A stretch of 64,000 nt of DNA from an uncultured Acetobacteraceae bacterium. Lineage in GTDB: Bacteria > Pseudomonadota > Alphaproteobacteria > Acetobacterales > Acetobacteraceae. The position numbers and the translations under genes were made by a program. The stretch lies in NCBI GenBank assembly GCA_964242575.1, contig CAXTCN010000012.1, positions 3,204 to 67,203 of the forward strand. Direction: 5' to 3'. The notes under the pieces were generated by a model that searched no databases, was not told the DNA's origin, and saw only the letters and a program-made list of their open reading frames with translations. Positions 52,307 through 60,559 of the stretch are shown here, one piece after another. Each line of letters begins with the position of its first letter. The first letter of the stretch is position 1.

Positions 52307-52792
52307 ATGCCAACCACCGCGTCTCATGTATGGCGGCCGAGCGCCGCGCGGATACTGGTGCTGGACGGCTTCGTGCCGACGCCGCGCGGCACGCCGGTGC
52401 GGGCGCGCGCGCTGCCGGCCTGGCCCGCCAAGGACCCGGCCGACGTGCTGGACTACCAGTTCGACATCACCCCCGCGCTGACCGGCAACGACGGCGACGC
52501 GCTGTCCACCCTGGACGTGAGCATCAGCCCGGCCACGCCCGGGGACCTCGCGCTGGTGTCCGCGGCGGCGGACGGCGCTCGCGCGGTGCTGTGGCTCGGC
52601 GCAGGGCGCGCGGGCACCACGTATGTCGTGACCCTCACCCTCGGCACCCAGTCCGGCCGCACCCTGGCGCGCTCCGTGTTGTTGCCGGTGACGTTGCTGA
52701 CCGCGCCGCCCGCCGGGGTGGACCGGTTGCTGACCGAGACCGGCGACGCGGTGCGGGACGAAACCGGCGAGCCGCTGACAGTGGGGGCGTAG
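52307..52792 (+). CDS. Phage hypothetical protein in the fibre cluster
   Basis: TGGAGG RBS; 161 aa. Confidence 0.45.
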   Translation: MPTTASHVWRPSAARILVLDGFVPTPRGTPVRARALPAWPAKDPADVLDYQFDITPALTGNDGDALSTLDVSISPATPGDLALVSAAADGARAVLWLGAGRAGTTYVVTLTLGTQSGRTLARSVLLPVTLLTAPPAGVDRLLTETGDAVRDETGEPLTVGA

Positions 52793-55333
52793 ATGCCGAC
52801 CATCAAGGAGCTGGACGCGGCGCTGGCGGCGGCCGACGACGACCTGATCCCCATCAGCCAGGCCGGCATCGCGCGCTGGGCCACGCGGGCGCAGATGGTG
52901 GCGGGGTTGCAGCGGACGGTGGTGCTGTCCCCGGGCCTGCTGGGCCGCAGCAGCGCGGGGCTGGGCGGGCCGGAGCGGATCGGCGTCGGCGCGAACCTGC
53001 GCCTGCAGGGCGGCGTGCTGTCCGGGCCTGCGCCGTTCAGCGTGGCGGGACTGCCGGGCGGCGTCGCGCCGGGCGTCATGGACTTGTTCCCCACGTACCA
53101 GGGCGGCCGGGATTCGACGGTGCCGTACGGCGCGCTGATGGCCGGGCTGGGCGGCCTCGCGGGGATCGACCTTTCGGCGCACCGGGTGCGGCTGCCGGGC
53201 GGCGCGGGGCGCAGCCTGTGGGAGTGGATGGCGGACGCGGCCCCGGTCGAGGCGTTCGGCGCCTTGGGCAACGGCGTGGCGGACGACACCGCCGCGTTCG
53301 ACCGCGCGGTGGCGTCGGGCCGGCCGGTCCGGCTGGGCGCCAAGACCTACGTCGTGAACGGCCAGTGGACCGTGACCCGCAGCGCCACCCTGATCGGCGT
53401 GCCCGGCCGCTCCGTCCTGCGGCGCATCAGCCAGTCCGGCGGCGCGTGGATCAGCGTGCAGGCGCCCGCGTTCACCGCGCTGGGCGTGACGTTCGACGCC
53501 GGGCGGCTGAACGGCGAAAGCTGGGGCGTGCTGGTGACGCCGCAATGCACCGAGACGCTGTTCGAGCACTGCGTGTTCCGCGGCGCGACCGGCGCCACGC
53601 TCGGCAGCGGCCTCACCATCCAGGCGCGCGACGGCCAGGCTGGGAACGCGGCCAACAACGCAGGCAATCAGTCGCGGCACCGGGTGCTGGGCTGCGAGGC
53701 GGCGGACAACCGGGCGCACGGCATCTGGATACAGGCGGCGGCCGGCGCATTGGTCGAGGGCTGCCTGCTGCACGGCAACGGCGCGTACGGCGTGTGCCTC
53801 GATTTCAACGACCCGAACTTCAGCCAAACGGTGCGCGGCGGGCGGGTGCTGGGGTGCCGGGCCTGGGGCAACGCGCGCGGCATCTCGGTCGGCAACTACA
53901 ACGAAACCAACCGGGAGCCGCCGCGCTGGGGCAACCTGAACCCGGACGCGGCGGACGTGCTGGTGCAGGGCAACGTGTGCGAGGGCAACAGCGCGTATGG
54001 CATCGCGGTGGCCGGGCGCGGCATCCAGGTGCTGGGCAACCACGTCGTGCCGGGGCCGAACCAGGCCGCCGGCATCTTGCTGAACGCGGTGCTGTCCCGC
54101 GTGTGCGGCAACGTTATTACCGGCTCCGGCGGCTTCGGCATCGACGCCGGCGGCTGCATCGAGTGCGACGTGTCGGACAACCTGGTGCAGGGCTGCGCCA
54201 CCGGCATCAACCCGGGCGGCAGCCGCGGCATGAGGGTGTCCGGCAACCAGTTGGTCGGCAATGTCTGGGCCATCACGGTGTATGACGTGGAAACCGACGG
54301 CGCCGGGCAGAACTTCGGCATGGCCACCCAGGGCATGACCATCGAGGGCAACCGCATCACGCTGCGCGACGGCTCGGGCGGCGGCATCTTCCTGATCGAC
54401 GCGCCGCAGGGGGTAGTGGTGGCGCGCAACGCCTTTTTCCCCGGCGCGGGCAGCTCGCCGAGCCAGGCGCTGTGGGCGCACACCGACGGCATGGTCGTGC
54501 GGGACAACGTTTGGGACAACCAGGCGCGCACCATCTGCAACCCCGTGAACCTCGGCGCCGTGCAGCAGGTGCAGGTGCCGGACATGCTGGACGAGGCGAT
54601 GCTGACCTCGGCGCCGCGCGGCGTCACCAGCATCATGGGCCAGCACCAGGCGTCGATGGCCGGGCGGGTCGCGTTCGTGCGCGTGACCTCGGGCGGCGGC
54701 GGCTACACCCGGGCGGCGGTGTCTATCACCGGCGCGGGCGCGCAGGCCACGGCGTACTTGCGGGACGGCCGGGTCATCGGCGTCGCCATGCAGTCCAACG
54801 GCGCGGGCTACGGCGCGGGCCTCAGCCCCGTGACCGTCAGCATCGCCGGGGACGGCCAGGGCGCGGCGGCGGTGGCGACGGTCGGGCTGCCGGTGCCGGA
54901 GGGCCGCCGGCTGCGGCTGCACTGCAACGGCGCCGTGCGGTTCCAGCGCGCCGGCAGCGTGCCGTTCCAGGACAACTGGACCGGCGCGGACATCCTGGTG
55001 CCGGCGGCCTCGGCGGTCGAGTGGGTCGGCGCATGGGGCGGCTGGCAGGCGCTCGGGTTCCAGTCGGCGGACTACCTCGCCCCGCCCGGCGATGGCAGCT
55101 TGGTGGTGCGGACCCAGGCCGGGGACCTGGTGCTGCACCCCGCCGGACGGGTGCGCGTGGGGTCGGACACTGAGCCGTTCGGCTACGCGGCGACGCTCGG
55201 GCGCGGCAGCCCAGAGGGCGTGGTGGCCGCGCCGCCGGGTTCCGACTACCGCAACCTCAACGGCGGCGCGGGCGCGACCTTGTGGGTCAAGCGCACCGGG
55301 ACCGGGCCGGTGGGGTGGTTCGCGCTCGCCTGA
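52793..55333 (+). CDS. Tailspike with right-handed parallel beta-helix (depolymerase-like)
   Basis: Repeated ...G(I/V)x(V/I)...N...V.GN... rungs, e.g. HGIWIQAAAGALVEGCLLHGNGAYGV, RGISVGN, YGIAVAGRGIQVLGN. 846 aa. Confidence 0.7.
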   Translation: MPTIKELDAALAAADDDLIPISQAGIARWATRAQMVAGLQRTVVLSPGLLGRSSAGLGGPERIGVGANLRLQGGVLSGPAPFSVAGLPGGVAPGVMDLFPTYQGGRDSTVPYGALMAGLGGLAGIDLSAHRVRLPGGAGRSLWEWMADAAPVEAFGALGNGVADDTAAFDRAVASGRPVRLGAKTYVVNGQWTVTRSATLIGVPGRSVLRRISQSGGAWISVQAPAFTALGVTFDAGRLNGESWGVLVTPQCTETLFEHCVFRGATGATLGSGLTIQARDGQAGNAANNAGNQSRHRVLGCEAADNRAHGIWIQAAAGALVEGCLLHGNGAYGVCLDFNDPNFSQTVRGGRVLGCRAWGNARGISVGNYNETNREPPRWGNLNPDAADVLVQGNVCEGNSAYGIAVAGRGIQVLGNHVVPGPNQAAGILLNAVLSRVCGNVITGSGGFGIDAGGCIECDVSDNLVQGCATGINPGGSRGMRVSGNQLVGNVWAITVYDVETDGAGQNFGMATQGMTIEGNRITLRDGSGGGIFLIDAPQGVVVARNAFFPGAGSSPSQALWAHTDGMVVRDNVWDNQARTICNPVNLGAVQQVQVPDMLDEAMLTSAPRGVTSIMGQHQASMAGRVAFVRVTSGGGGYTRAAVSITGAGAQATAYLRDGRVIGVAMQSNGAGYGAGLSPVTVSIAGDGQGAAAVATVGLPVPEGRRLRLHCNGAVRFQRAGSVPFQDNWTGADILVPAASAVEWVGAWGGWQALGFQSADYLAPPGDGSLVVRTQAGDLVLHPAGRVRVGSDTEPFGYAATLGRGSPEGVVAAPPGSDYRNLNGGAGATLWVKRTGTGPVGWFALA

Positions 55334-55363
55334 CGCGCTGCACTCTCAAGACATGAGGCACCG

Positions 55364-57388
55364 ATGCCGACCATCAAGCAACTGCCGCTCGCCGCCACGG
55401 TGAGCGCCACGGACGAGCTGCCACTAAGCCAGGGCGGCTTCACCAGAAGCGTGCGCGCCAGCGTGCTGCTGGGCGGCACGCAGGCCGCCATCACGCTGGC
55501 GCAGAACAAGCTGCTGGGCCGCGTCAGCACGTCGCCGGGCGGCCCGGAACCCATCGGCGTCGGCGCGGGCCTGGGCGTGCAGGCCGGCGTGCTGGCCGCC
55601 ACCGGCGCGGACCACGCGGCGTTCCAGCCGGCGGCCGGGCTGTCCACCGGGGACGAGGTGGTGATCAACAGCGGCGGCGCGCCGAAGCGCATCGCCGCCA
55701 CCGGGCTGCGCGGCCTGTTCAGCGCCGGCGCGGGCGTCACCATCCAGGGCGGCGTCATCAGCGCGCCCAACGCCGGCGCAACGGGTCCGGCCGGGCCGAA
55801 GGGCGACACCGGCGCGGGCGCGGTGGTGGGCACGGCCGCCGGCACCGTGGCGGCGGGGGACGACCCGCGCATCGTCGGCGCGACAAGGCGCGAGGCCAAC
55901 CTCGGCGACCTGCCGTCCGTGGCGGCGGCGCGGGTGAACCTCGGCTTAGCGCCGGTCGCGGCTACCGGGGCGTATGCGGACCTGCGCGGCCGGCCGACGC
56001 TGCCGACCGACAACAGCGAGCTTGGCAACGGCCGCGGCTTCGTCAACACGCAGGGCGCGGCGGCGGCGGCGGCGGGCGTCATCACCGTGAACGGCGCGCC
56101 CAACGCCGGCGGCGCGCTCGGCACCCACATGGACATCTACAACCCCGGCACCACCGCGCCGACCGAGATCGTTTACGGCACGCGCATCACCTACACCAAC
56201 ACCGCGCCGGGCCAGACCACGTATGACTTCTGCCATGCGGTGCAGGCGGTGTGGCAGGTCGCGCCCGGGGTGCCCGGCGGGCAGATGTTCGGGCTGTGGA
56301 CCATCGCCGAGGGGCCGAAGGACAACACGAGCACCTGGGGCATCGTCGGCTACGAGATCAACGTGGTGAACCGCGGCGACGACACGGGATGGACGTACTC
56401 GCGCGGGCTGTTGCCGCGGTTCAGCGCCGGGCTGCAGCTTGCGCCGGAGGGCAACACCTTCACCCACGGCGGCACGGCGCAGAACGTGACGGCGGCGTTG
56501 GTGATCGGCCAAAGCCCGACGCCCGGCGCGGGCGGCATCCCGGTGCGCAACCACTCGGGCGTGCTGATCGAGCCGAACGCCATCACCGGCCGGGTCGGGC
56601 GCGCGTTCACCGTGACGGGGGACATCACCAGCGCCACGCCCGCCGACAGCACGCCGTGGGGGCTGATGACGGTGCTGGGCGCGTGGCTGCACGGCATCGA
56701 CACCAAGGACGCGACCATCTTCGACAACCTGGCGCTGCGGATGCCGTCGAACCACCGGCTGGGCTGGGCCAACGTGCCGGGCACGCAGACGGCGTACGTC
56801 GGCTCGAACGAGGCCGGGGAAATCCTGCTGGTCCCGGCGTCCGGCCAGGCGGTCCGGGTCGGCGGGCAGGCGGTGTGGCACGCGGGCAGCCTGCGGTTCG
56901 GCGCGGGCCTCACGCTGTCGGCCGGCGTGCTGTCGGCGTCCGGCGGCGCGGGGCCGGCGGTCGGCACCACGGCGGGCACGGTCGCGGCCGGGGACGACGC
57001 GCGGATCGTGGGCGCGGCTGCGCGGGCGGCCAACCTGTCGGACCTCGGCAGCCCCATGCTGGCGCGGGCCAACGTCAACCGCGGCCTGCTGGTGCTGGCG
57101 GGCGGGACCAGCATCGCCACCGACGCCGCCGCCGGGAATGCGTTCACCGTCCTGCTCGGCGTGAATGCCACGTTGCAGAACCCGTCCAACCTTGCGGCCG
57201 GCGCGTCCTATGTGTGGACGCTGCGGCAGGACAGCGCCGGCGGGCGCACGCTGGCGTTCGGCGCAGCGTTCCGCTGGTCCGGCGGCACCGCGCCCACGCT
57301 GTCCACGACGCCGGGCGCGGTGGACGTGCTGTCGGCGGTTTCGGACGGCACGTCGCTGTTCGCGGTGCTGTCCAAGGGGTTCGCGTAG
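55364..57388 (+). CDS. Second tail fibre with short collagen-like segment
   Basis: Shares the MPTIK(E/Q)L...(I/L)S(Q)(A/G)G N-terminus with the tailspike. GATGPAGPKGDTGAG gives five G-X-Y triplets. Confidence 0.65.
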   Translation: MPTIKQLPLAATVSATDELPLSQGGFTRSVRASVLLGGTQAAITLAQNKLLGRVSTSPGGPEPIGVGAGLGVQAGVLAATGADHAAFQPAAGLSTGDEVVINSGGAPKRIAATGLRGLFSAGAGVTIQGGVISAPNAGATGPAGPKGDTGAGAVVGTAAGTVAAGDDPRIVGATRREANLGDLPSVAAARVNLGLAPVAATGAYADLRGRPTLPTDNSELGNGRGFVNTQGAAAAAAGVITVNGAPNAGGALGTHMDIYNPGTTAPTEIVYGTRITYTNTAPGQTTYDFCHAVQAVWQVAPGVPGGQMFGLWTIAEGPKDNTSTWGIVGYEINVVNRGDDTGWTYSRGLLPRFSAGLQLAPEGNTFTHGGTAQNVTAALVIGQSPTPGAGGIPVRNHSGVLIEPNAITGRVGRAFTVTGDITSATPADSTPWGLMTVLGAWLHGIDTKDATIFDNLALRMPSNHRLGWANVPGTQTAYVGSNEAGEILLVPASGQAVRVGGQAVWHAGSLRFGAGLTLSAGVLSASGGAGPAVGTTAGTVAAGDDARIVGAAARAANLSDLGSPMLARANVNRGLLVLAGGTSIATDAAAGNAFTVLLGVNATLQNPSNLAAGASYVWTLRQDSAGGRTLAFGAAFRWSGGTAPTLSTTPGAVDVLSAVSDGTSLFAVLSKGFA

Positions 57389-58224
57389 TGCTGCTGTTGC
57401 CGGTCGGGCTGATGGCGTCGGCGCCGGCGCCCGTGGCCGTGCTGGACGGCATCAGCCCCGCGCCGTCGTTCGCGTTCGGGCTGCGCCGCCTGCTGTCCGC
57501 CTACGCCGGCACGGCGCTGCGGGTGCGGCGCGGATCGGACAACGCGGAGGCCGACATCGGCTTCGGCGCCAACGGCCTGCTGGACACCGCGGCGCTGCTG
57601 GCGTTCTGCGGCGACGCCGGCTGGGTGTCCCGCTGGCACGACCAGGCCGGCGGCGCGCCCGCGTCCCAGACCAACGCCGCGTTGCAGCCCGGCATCGTCG
57701 CGGGCGGCGCGGTCACGCTGATGGGCGGCGCGCCGGGCTTGGCGTTCGCGCAGGGGCGGATGCTGACCGCCGGCGCAAGCCTCGGCGGCGACGTGAGCCT
57801 GGTCGTGGCCGGGATGCGCAGCTCGGCGGCGTCGGGGTTCCAGGTGGTGGACCAAGCGGTCTGCACCAAGTTCGGCGGCGGCAACGCGGGGCTGCACTTC
57901 AACCTCGGCAACGGCTACGGCCCGGCCAATGACGCGGGGCGGGCGCGGGTGGACGCGGGCGGAGCGCCGGCAGCCGGCTGGCTGGACGGCGTGAAGCAGG
58001 CCAACACGAACCCGTTCGACGCCGGGACTGCGGCCGGGCAGGCGGCGGCGTTCGGCTTCACTATCGTGGGCCTCGCGCCCAACCGGCCCATGACGCTCGG
58101 CTCGGACGGCGCGGGCAACGGGCTCACCGGCGCGCTGGGGACGGTCGTGGCGGTGCCGGCGGTGCTGCCGGACAGCGGCATGGCGGCGCTCACCACCGCG
58201 TTCAAACGAATGCTCCAGCCATGA
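57388..58224 (+). CDS. Phage hypothetical protein after the fibre genes
   Basis: C-terminal part of track ORF 56251..58224. GTG 57388 (TAGTG overlap) or ATG 57412. Confidence 0.45.
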   Translation: MLLLPVGLMASAPAPVAVLDGISPAPSFAFGLRRLLSAYAGTALRVRRGSDNAEADIGFGANGLLDTAALLAFCGDAGWVSRWHDQAGGAPASQTNAALQPGIVAGGAVTLMGGAPGLAFAQGRMLTAGASLGGDVSLVVAGMRSSAASGFQVVDQAVCTKFGGGNAGLHFNLGNGYGPANDAGRARVDAGGAPAAGWLDGVKQANTNPFDAGTAAGQAAAFGFTIVGLAPNRPMTLGSDGAGNGLTGALGTVVAVPAVLPDSGMAALTTAFKRMLQP

Positions 58225-58601
58225 CCCGGCCCCGGATGCGTGACGGGCTGTTCGCGGTCCACGTGGCGCTCACCGCCGTGATGGCGTGGCTGGCGGTGGC
58301 GCTGGCTGCGCCGAACGACACCTTCGGCAGCAGCGCGGCGTACCGCGCCATGGCCCGGCTCGGCTCTGAGACCGGGTGGGCGATGGCGTTCTGGGCGGCG
58401 GCGTGCCTCGGCGTCGCCGGGCTGTGCACCCCGTCGCGCTGGCTGCGGCTGCTGTCGGTGCTGGCGCTCGCGACCATGAACGGCCTGGTCGCGCTGTGCT
58501 TCGCCACCGGCAACCCCACCGGCACCGGCGCCGGCACCTACGCCGTGCTGGCGGGGCTTGGCTATTACCTGGCCTGGAGGCGCAGCGATGAGGGCGTATG
58601 A
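58221..58601 (+). CDS. Phage membrane protein (holin-class candidate)
   Basis: Four hydrophobic helices; ATGA overlap with the upstream gene. Confidence 0.45.
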   Translation: MTRPRMRDGLFAVHVALTAVMAWLAVALAAPNDTFGSSAAYRAMARLGSETGWAMAFWAAACLGVAGLCTPSRWLRLLSVLALATMNGLVALCFATGNPTGTGAGTYAVLAGLGYYLAWRRSDEGV

Positions 58602-59016
58602 TTTCGGCTTGGGCCACCTGGCGCGCACCACCAAGCAGGCGTTCCGGCGGGAACCCTGGTGGGCCGAGTTCTGGTCCGCCGTCACCGCCATCGGCTGGGC
58701 CGTCGTGTCCTGGACCAGCCCGGACGCCCTGGGCGCATGGCCGTCCATGCAGGTGCTGTTGCGCGTCGGCGGCGAACAGTTCTGGCAACTGGCGGGCTTC
58801 GGCCTGGGCGTGGGGCAGCTCTGGTTCCTGGTGGCGGACCGGCGATGGCTGCGATGGGGAGTTGCCGTGATGATGTGCTGGTTTTGGGCGGTGCTGACGC
58901 TGGGCGTGTGGACGGCGTTGCCGGGCGCGCCGGGCGCGCCGGGCGCGGCGGTGTACGCGGGCTGGTGCGGGATCAACGTGTTCTCGATCCTGCGCCTGCT
59001 GCGGCAATACGGCTGA
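58588..59016 (+). CDS. Phage membrane protein, Trp-rich
   Basis: Four hydrophobic helices; ATG 58588. Confidence 0.45.
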   Translation: MRAYDFGLGHLARTTKQAFRREPWWAEFWSAVTAIGWAVVSWTSPDALGAWPSMQVLLRVGGEQFWQLAGFGLGVGQLWFLVADRRWLRWGVAVMMCWFWAVLTLGVWTALPGAPGAPGAAVYAGWCGINVFSILRLLRQYG

Positions 59017-59023
59017 CCCGGGG

Positions 59024-59512
59024 GTGGCAATGGACACGAATCTCTGGTGGGTGGTCACCGCCGCCGCCGTGCCCTCGGTCGCGAGCGGCCTGTGGGTGTT
59101 CTGGCGCTGGTGGCTGGAGCGCAACGACAAACGCAAGGACAGCACCCTCACGCGGGAACAGGCGTCGCTGCGGGACCTGGAAACGCAGCGCGCGGCGCTG
59201 GTGCGGGAGCACGCGGACCTGTTCGACCGGATGCGCGCCGAGTTGCTGCGGGCCTTGGCGCGATTGGTCGAGATGGAGCGCGACCGCGACCGCGGCTGGG
59301 ACCTGGCGCGCTGGTGGCACCGCCGCGCGCACGAGCTGCGGCTTGCCGGGCTGAACGCGCAGGTGATGGTGGCCGGGCTGAGCGCGCGGGAGGAAGTGCC
59401 GGTGCCGGCCTGGCCGGACATGACGGTGCCGGTGCTGGAAGGCCCGAAGCCGGATGCCATGAAGCTCGACGCCCTGAAGCCGGATGACCCCAAATTAGGT
59501 GACGCCCCATGA
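59024..59512 (+). CDS. Membrane-anchored coiled-coil protein (spanin-like candidate)
   Basis: N-terminal TM WWVVTAAAVPSVASGLWVFWRWW followed by a charged helical region, adjacent to the endolysin. Confidence 0.4.
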   Translation: MAMDTNLWWVVTAAAVPSVASGLWVFWRWWLERNDKRKDSTLTREQASLRDLETQRAALVREHADLFDRMRAELLRALARLVEMERDRDRGWDLARWWHRRAHELRLAGLNAQVMVAGLSAREEVPVPAWPDMTVPVLEGPKPDAMKLDALKPDDPKLGDAP

Positions 59513-60030
59513 GCGCGTTCGAACAGGCGTTCGCCATCATCGTCGGCCACGAGGGCGGGTTCACCGCCAACCCGCAGGACCCTGGCAACTGGACCGGCGG
59601 CGCGGTCGGGCGGGGCGCGTGCCGCGGCACCAACTGGGGCGTCTCGGCGGCGTCCTACCCCACGCTCGACATCGCGGGCCTGACTTTGGACGGCGCGCGG
59701 GGGGTGTACCGGCGGGATTACTGGGACCGGGTGCGCGGGGACGATTTGCCGGCGCCGCTGGCGTTGCTGGTGTTCGACGCGGCGGTGAACGCCGGCGTGG
59801 GCCGCGCCGCCCGCTGGCTGCAAGGCGCCGTGGGCGCGAAACCCGACGGCCTGCTCGGCCCGGCGACGCTGGCGGCGGCGCGGGCGGCGGATGCGACGGA
59901 GGCGATGGCCGAGTTCCAGGCGCAGCGCCTGGCGTTCATGGCGTCGTTGCCGGGGTGGCGGATTTTCGGTCTCGGCTGGGCGCGCCGGCTGTGCCGGCTG
60001 CCGTACCAGGCGATTGCAATGGAGGCTTAG
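59509..60030 (+). CDS. Endolysin, GH108 lysozyme with peptidoglycan-binding domain
   Basis: FAIIVGHEGGFTANPQDPGNWTGG (GH108 EGG motif) and ...VFDAAVNAGVGRAARWLQGAVGAKPDGLLGPATL (PG_binding_3). Confidence 0.85.
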   Translation: MSAFEQAFAIIVGHEGGFTANPQDPGNWTGGAVGRGACRGTNWGVSAASYPTLDIAGLTLDGARGVYRRDYWDRVRGDDLPAPLALLVFDAAVNAGVGRAARWLQGAVGAKPDGLLGPATLAAARAADATEAMAEFQAQRLAFMASLPGWRIFGLGWARRLCRLPYQAIAMEA

Positions 60031-60031
60031 C

Positions 60032-60559
60032 ATGGTTCAGGACAACACAGGCTTGAGCGCCGCCGGCGTCGTGGCGTTGAACCTGGCGCCCGAGATCGGC
60101 CGCTGGCTGTTTGGCCCGGACGCGGCGCAGGTGGCGGCGGCGGTGCAGTCGGCGCTCGTTGCCACGACCGGCACCGCCGACCCGGCCGCCCAGGTCGCCG
60201 CGCTGGAGAACTCGGACACCGCGGCCGCGCTCCGCGTGGCGCTGGCCGCCATCGCCGACGCCCACGCGGCAGCGGCGGACACGGCTGGCGCGCAGGCGGC
60301 GTCCGCGCTTTCGCAGGACCGTAGCCCGATGGCCTGGGGCGCGCCCATCGTGAGCGTCGTGGTGCTGGTGACGTTCGGCGCCGTGGTGTCCATCGCGCTG
60401 TTCCGCCCGGTGCCCCCGGCGTCGGAGGCGATGCTGAACGTGCTGTTGGGCACGTTGGGGGCGATGGCGACCAGCGTGGTGGCCTACTGGGTGGGGTCGT
60501 CCGTGGGCAGCGCGCGGAAGGACGAGCGGCTGGCGCGGCTGGTGGAGCGGGAGCGTTAG
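60032..60559 (+). CDS. Holin-like protein (GTA/3-TM holin type)
   Basis: The C-terminal half has hydrophobic helices (APIVSVVVLVTFGAVVSIALF, LNVLLGTLGAMATSVVAYWVG). Follows the endolysin. Confidence 0.55.
   Translation: MVQDNTGLSAAGVVALNLAPEIGRWLFGPDAAQVAAAVQSALVATTGTADPAAQVAALENSDTAAALRVALAAIADAHAAAADTAGAQAASALSQDRSPMAWGAPIVSVVVLVTFGAVVSIALFRPVPPASEAMLNVLLGTLGAMATSVVAYWVGSSVGSARKDERLARLVERER

Larger units (their letters stand above)
29186..60559. mobile_element. Myovirus-type prophage, structural and lysis modules (minimum extent)
   Basis: Collinear plus-strand genes from terminase to holin (see individual CDS). No integrase or att site was recognised in the window. Confidence 0.85.

Noticed and set aside
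52265-55138. 957-aa minus-strand ORF.
   Set aside because: It is antisense to the beta-helix tailspike and neighbouring phage genes. Its Arg/Ala/Gly/His-rich sequence has no motifs, and the plus-strand genes have RBSs and coupled starts.
55824-57018. Internal duplicated box in the tail fibre gene considered as a DGR template/variable repeat pair.
   Set aside because: The two copies are only about 60 nt long and differ at all base types, not adenine-specifically. No reverse transcriptase gene is present in the window.
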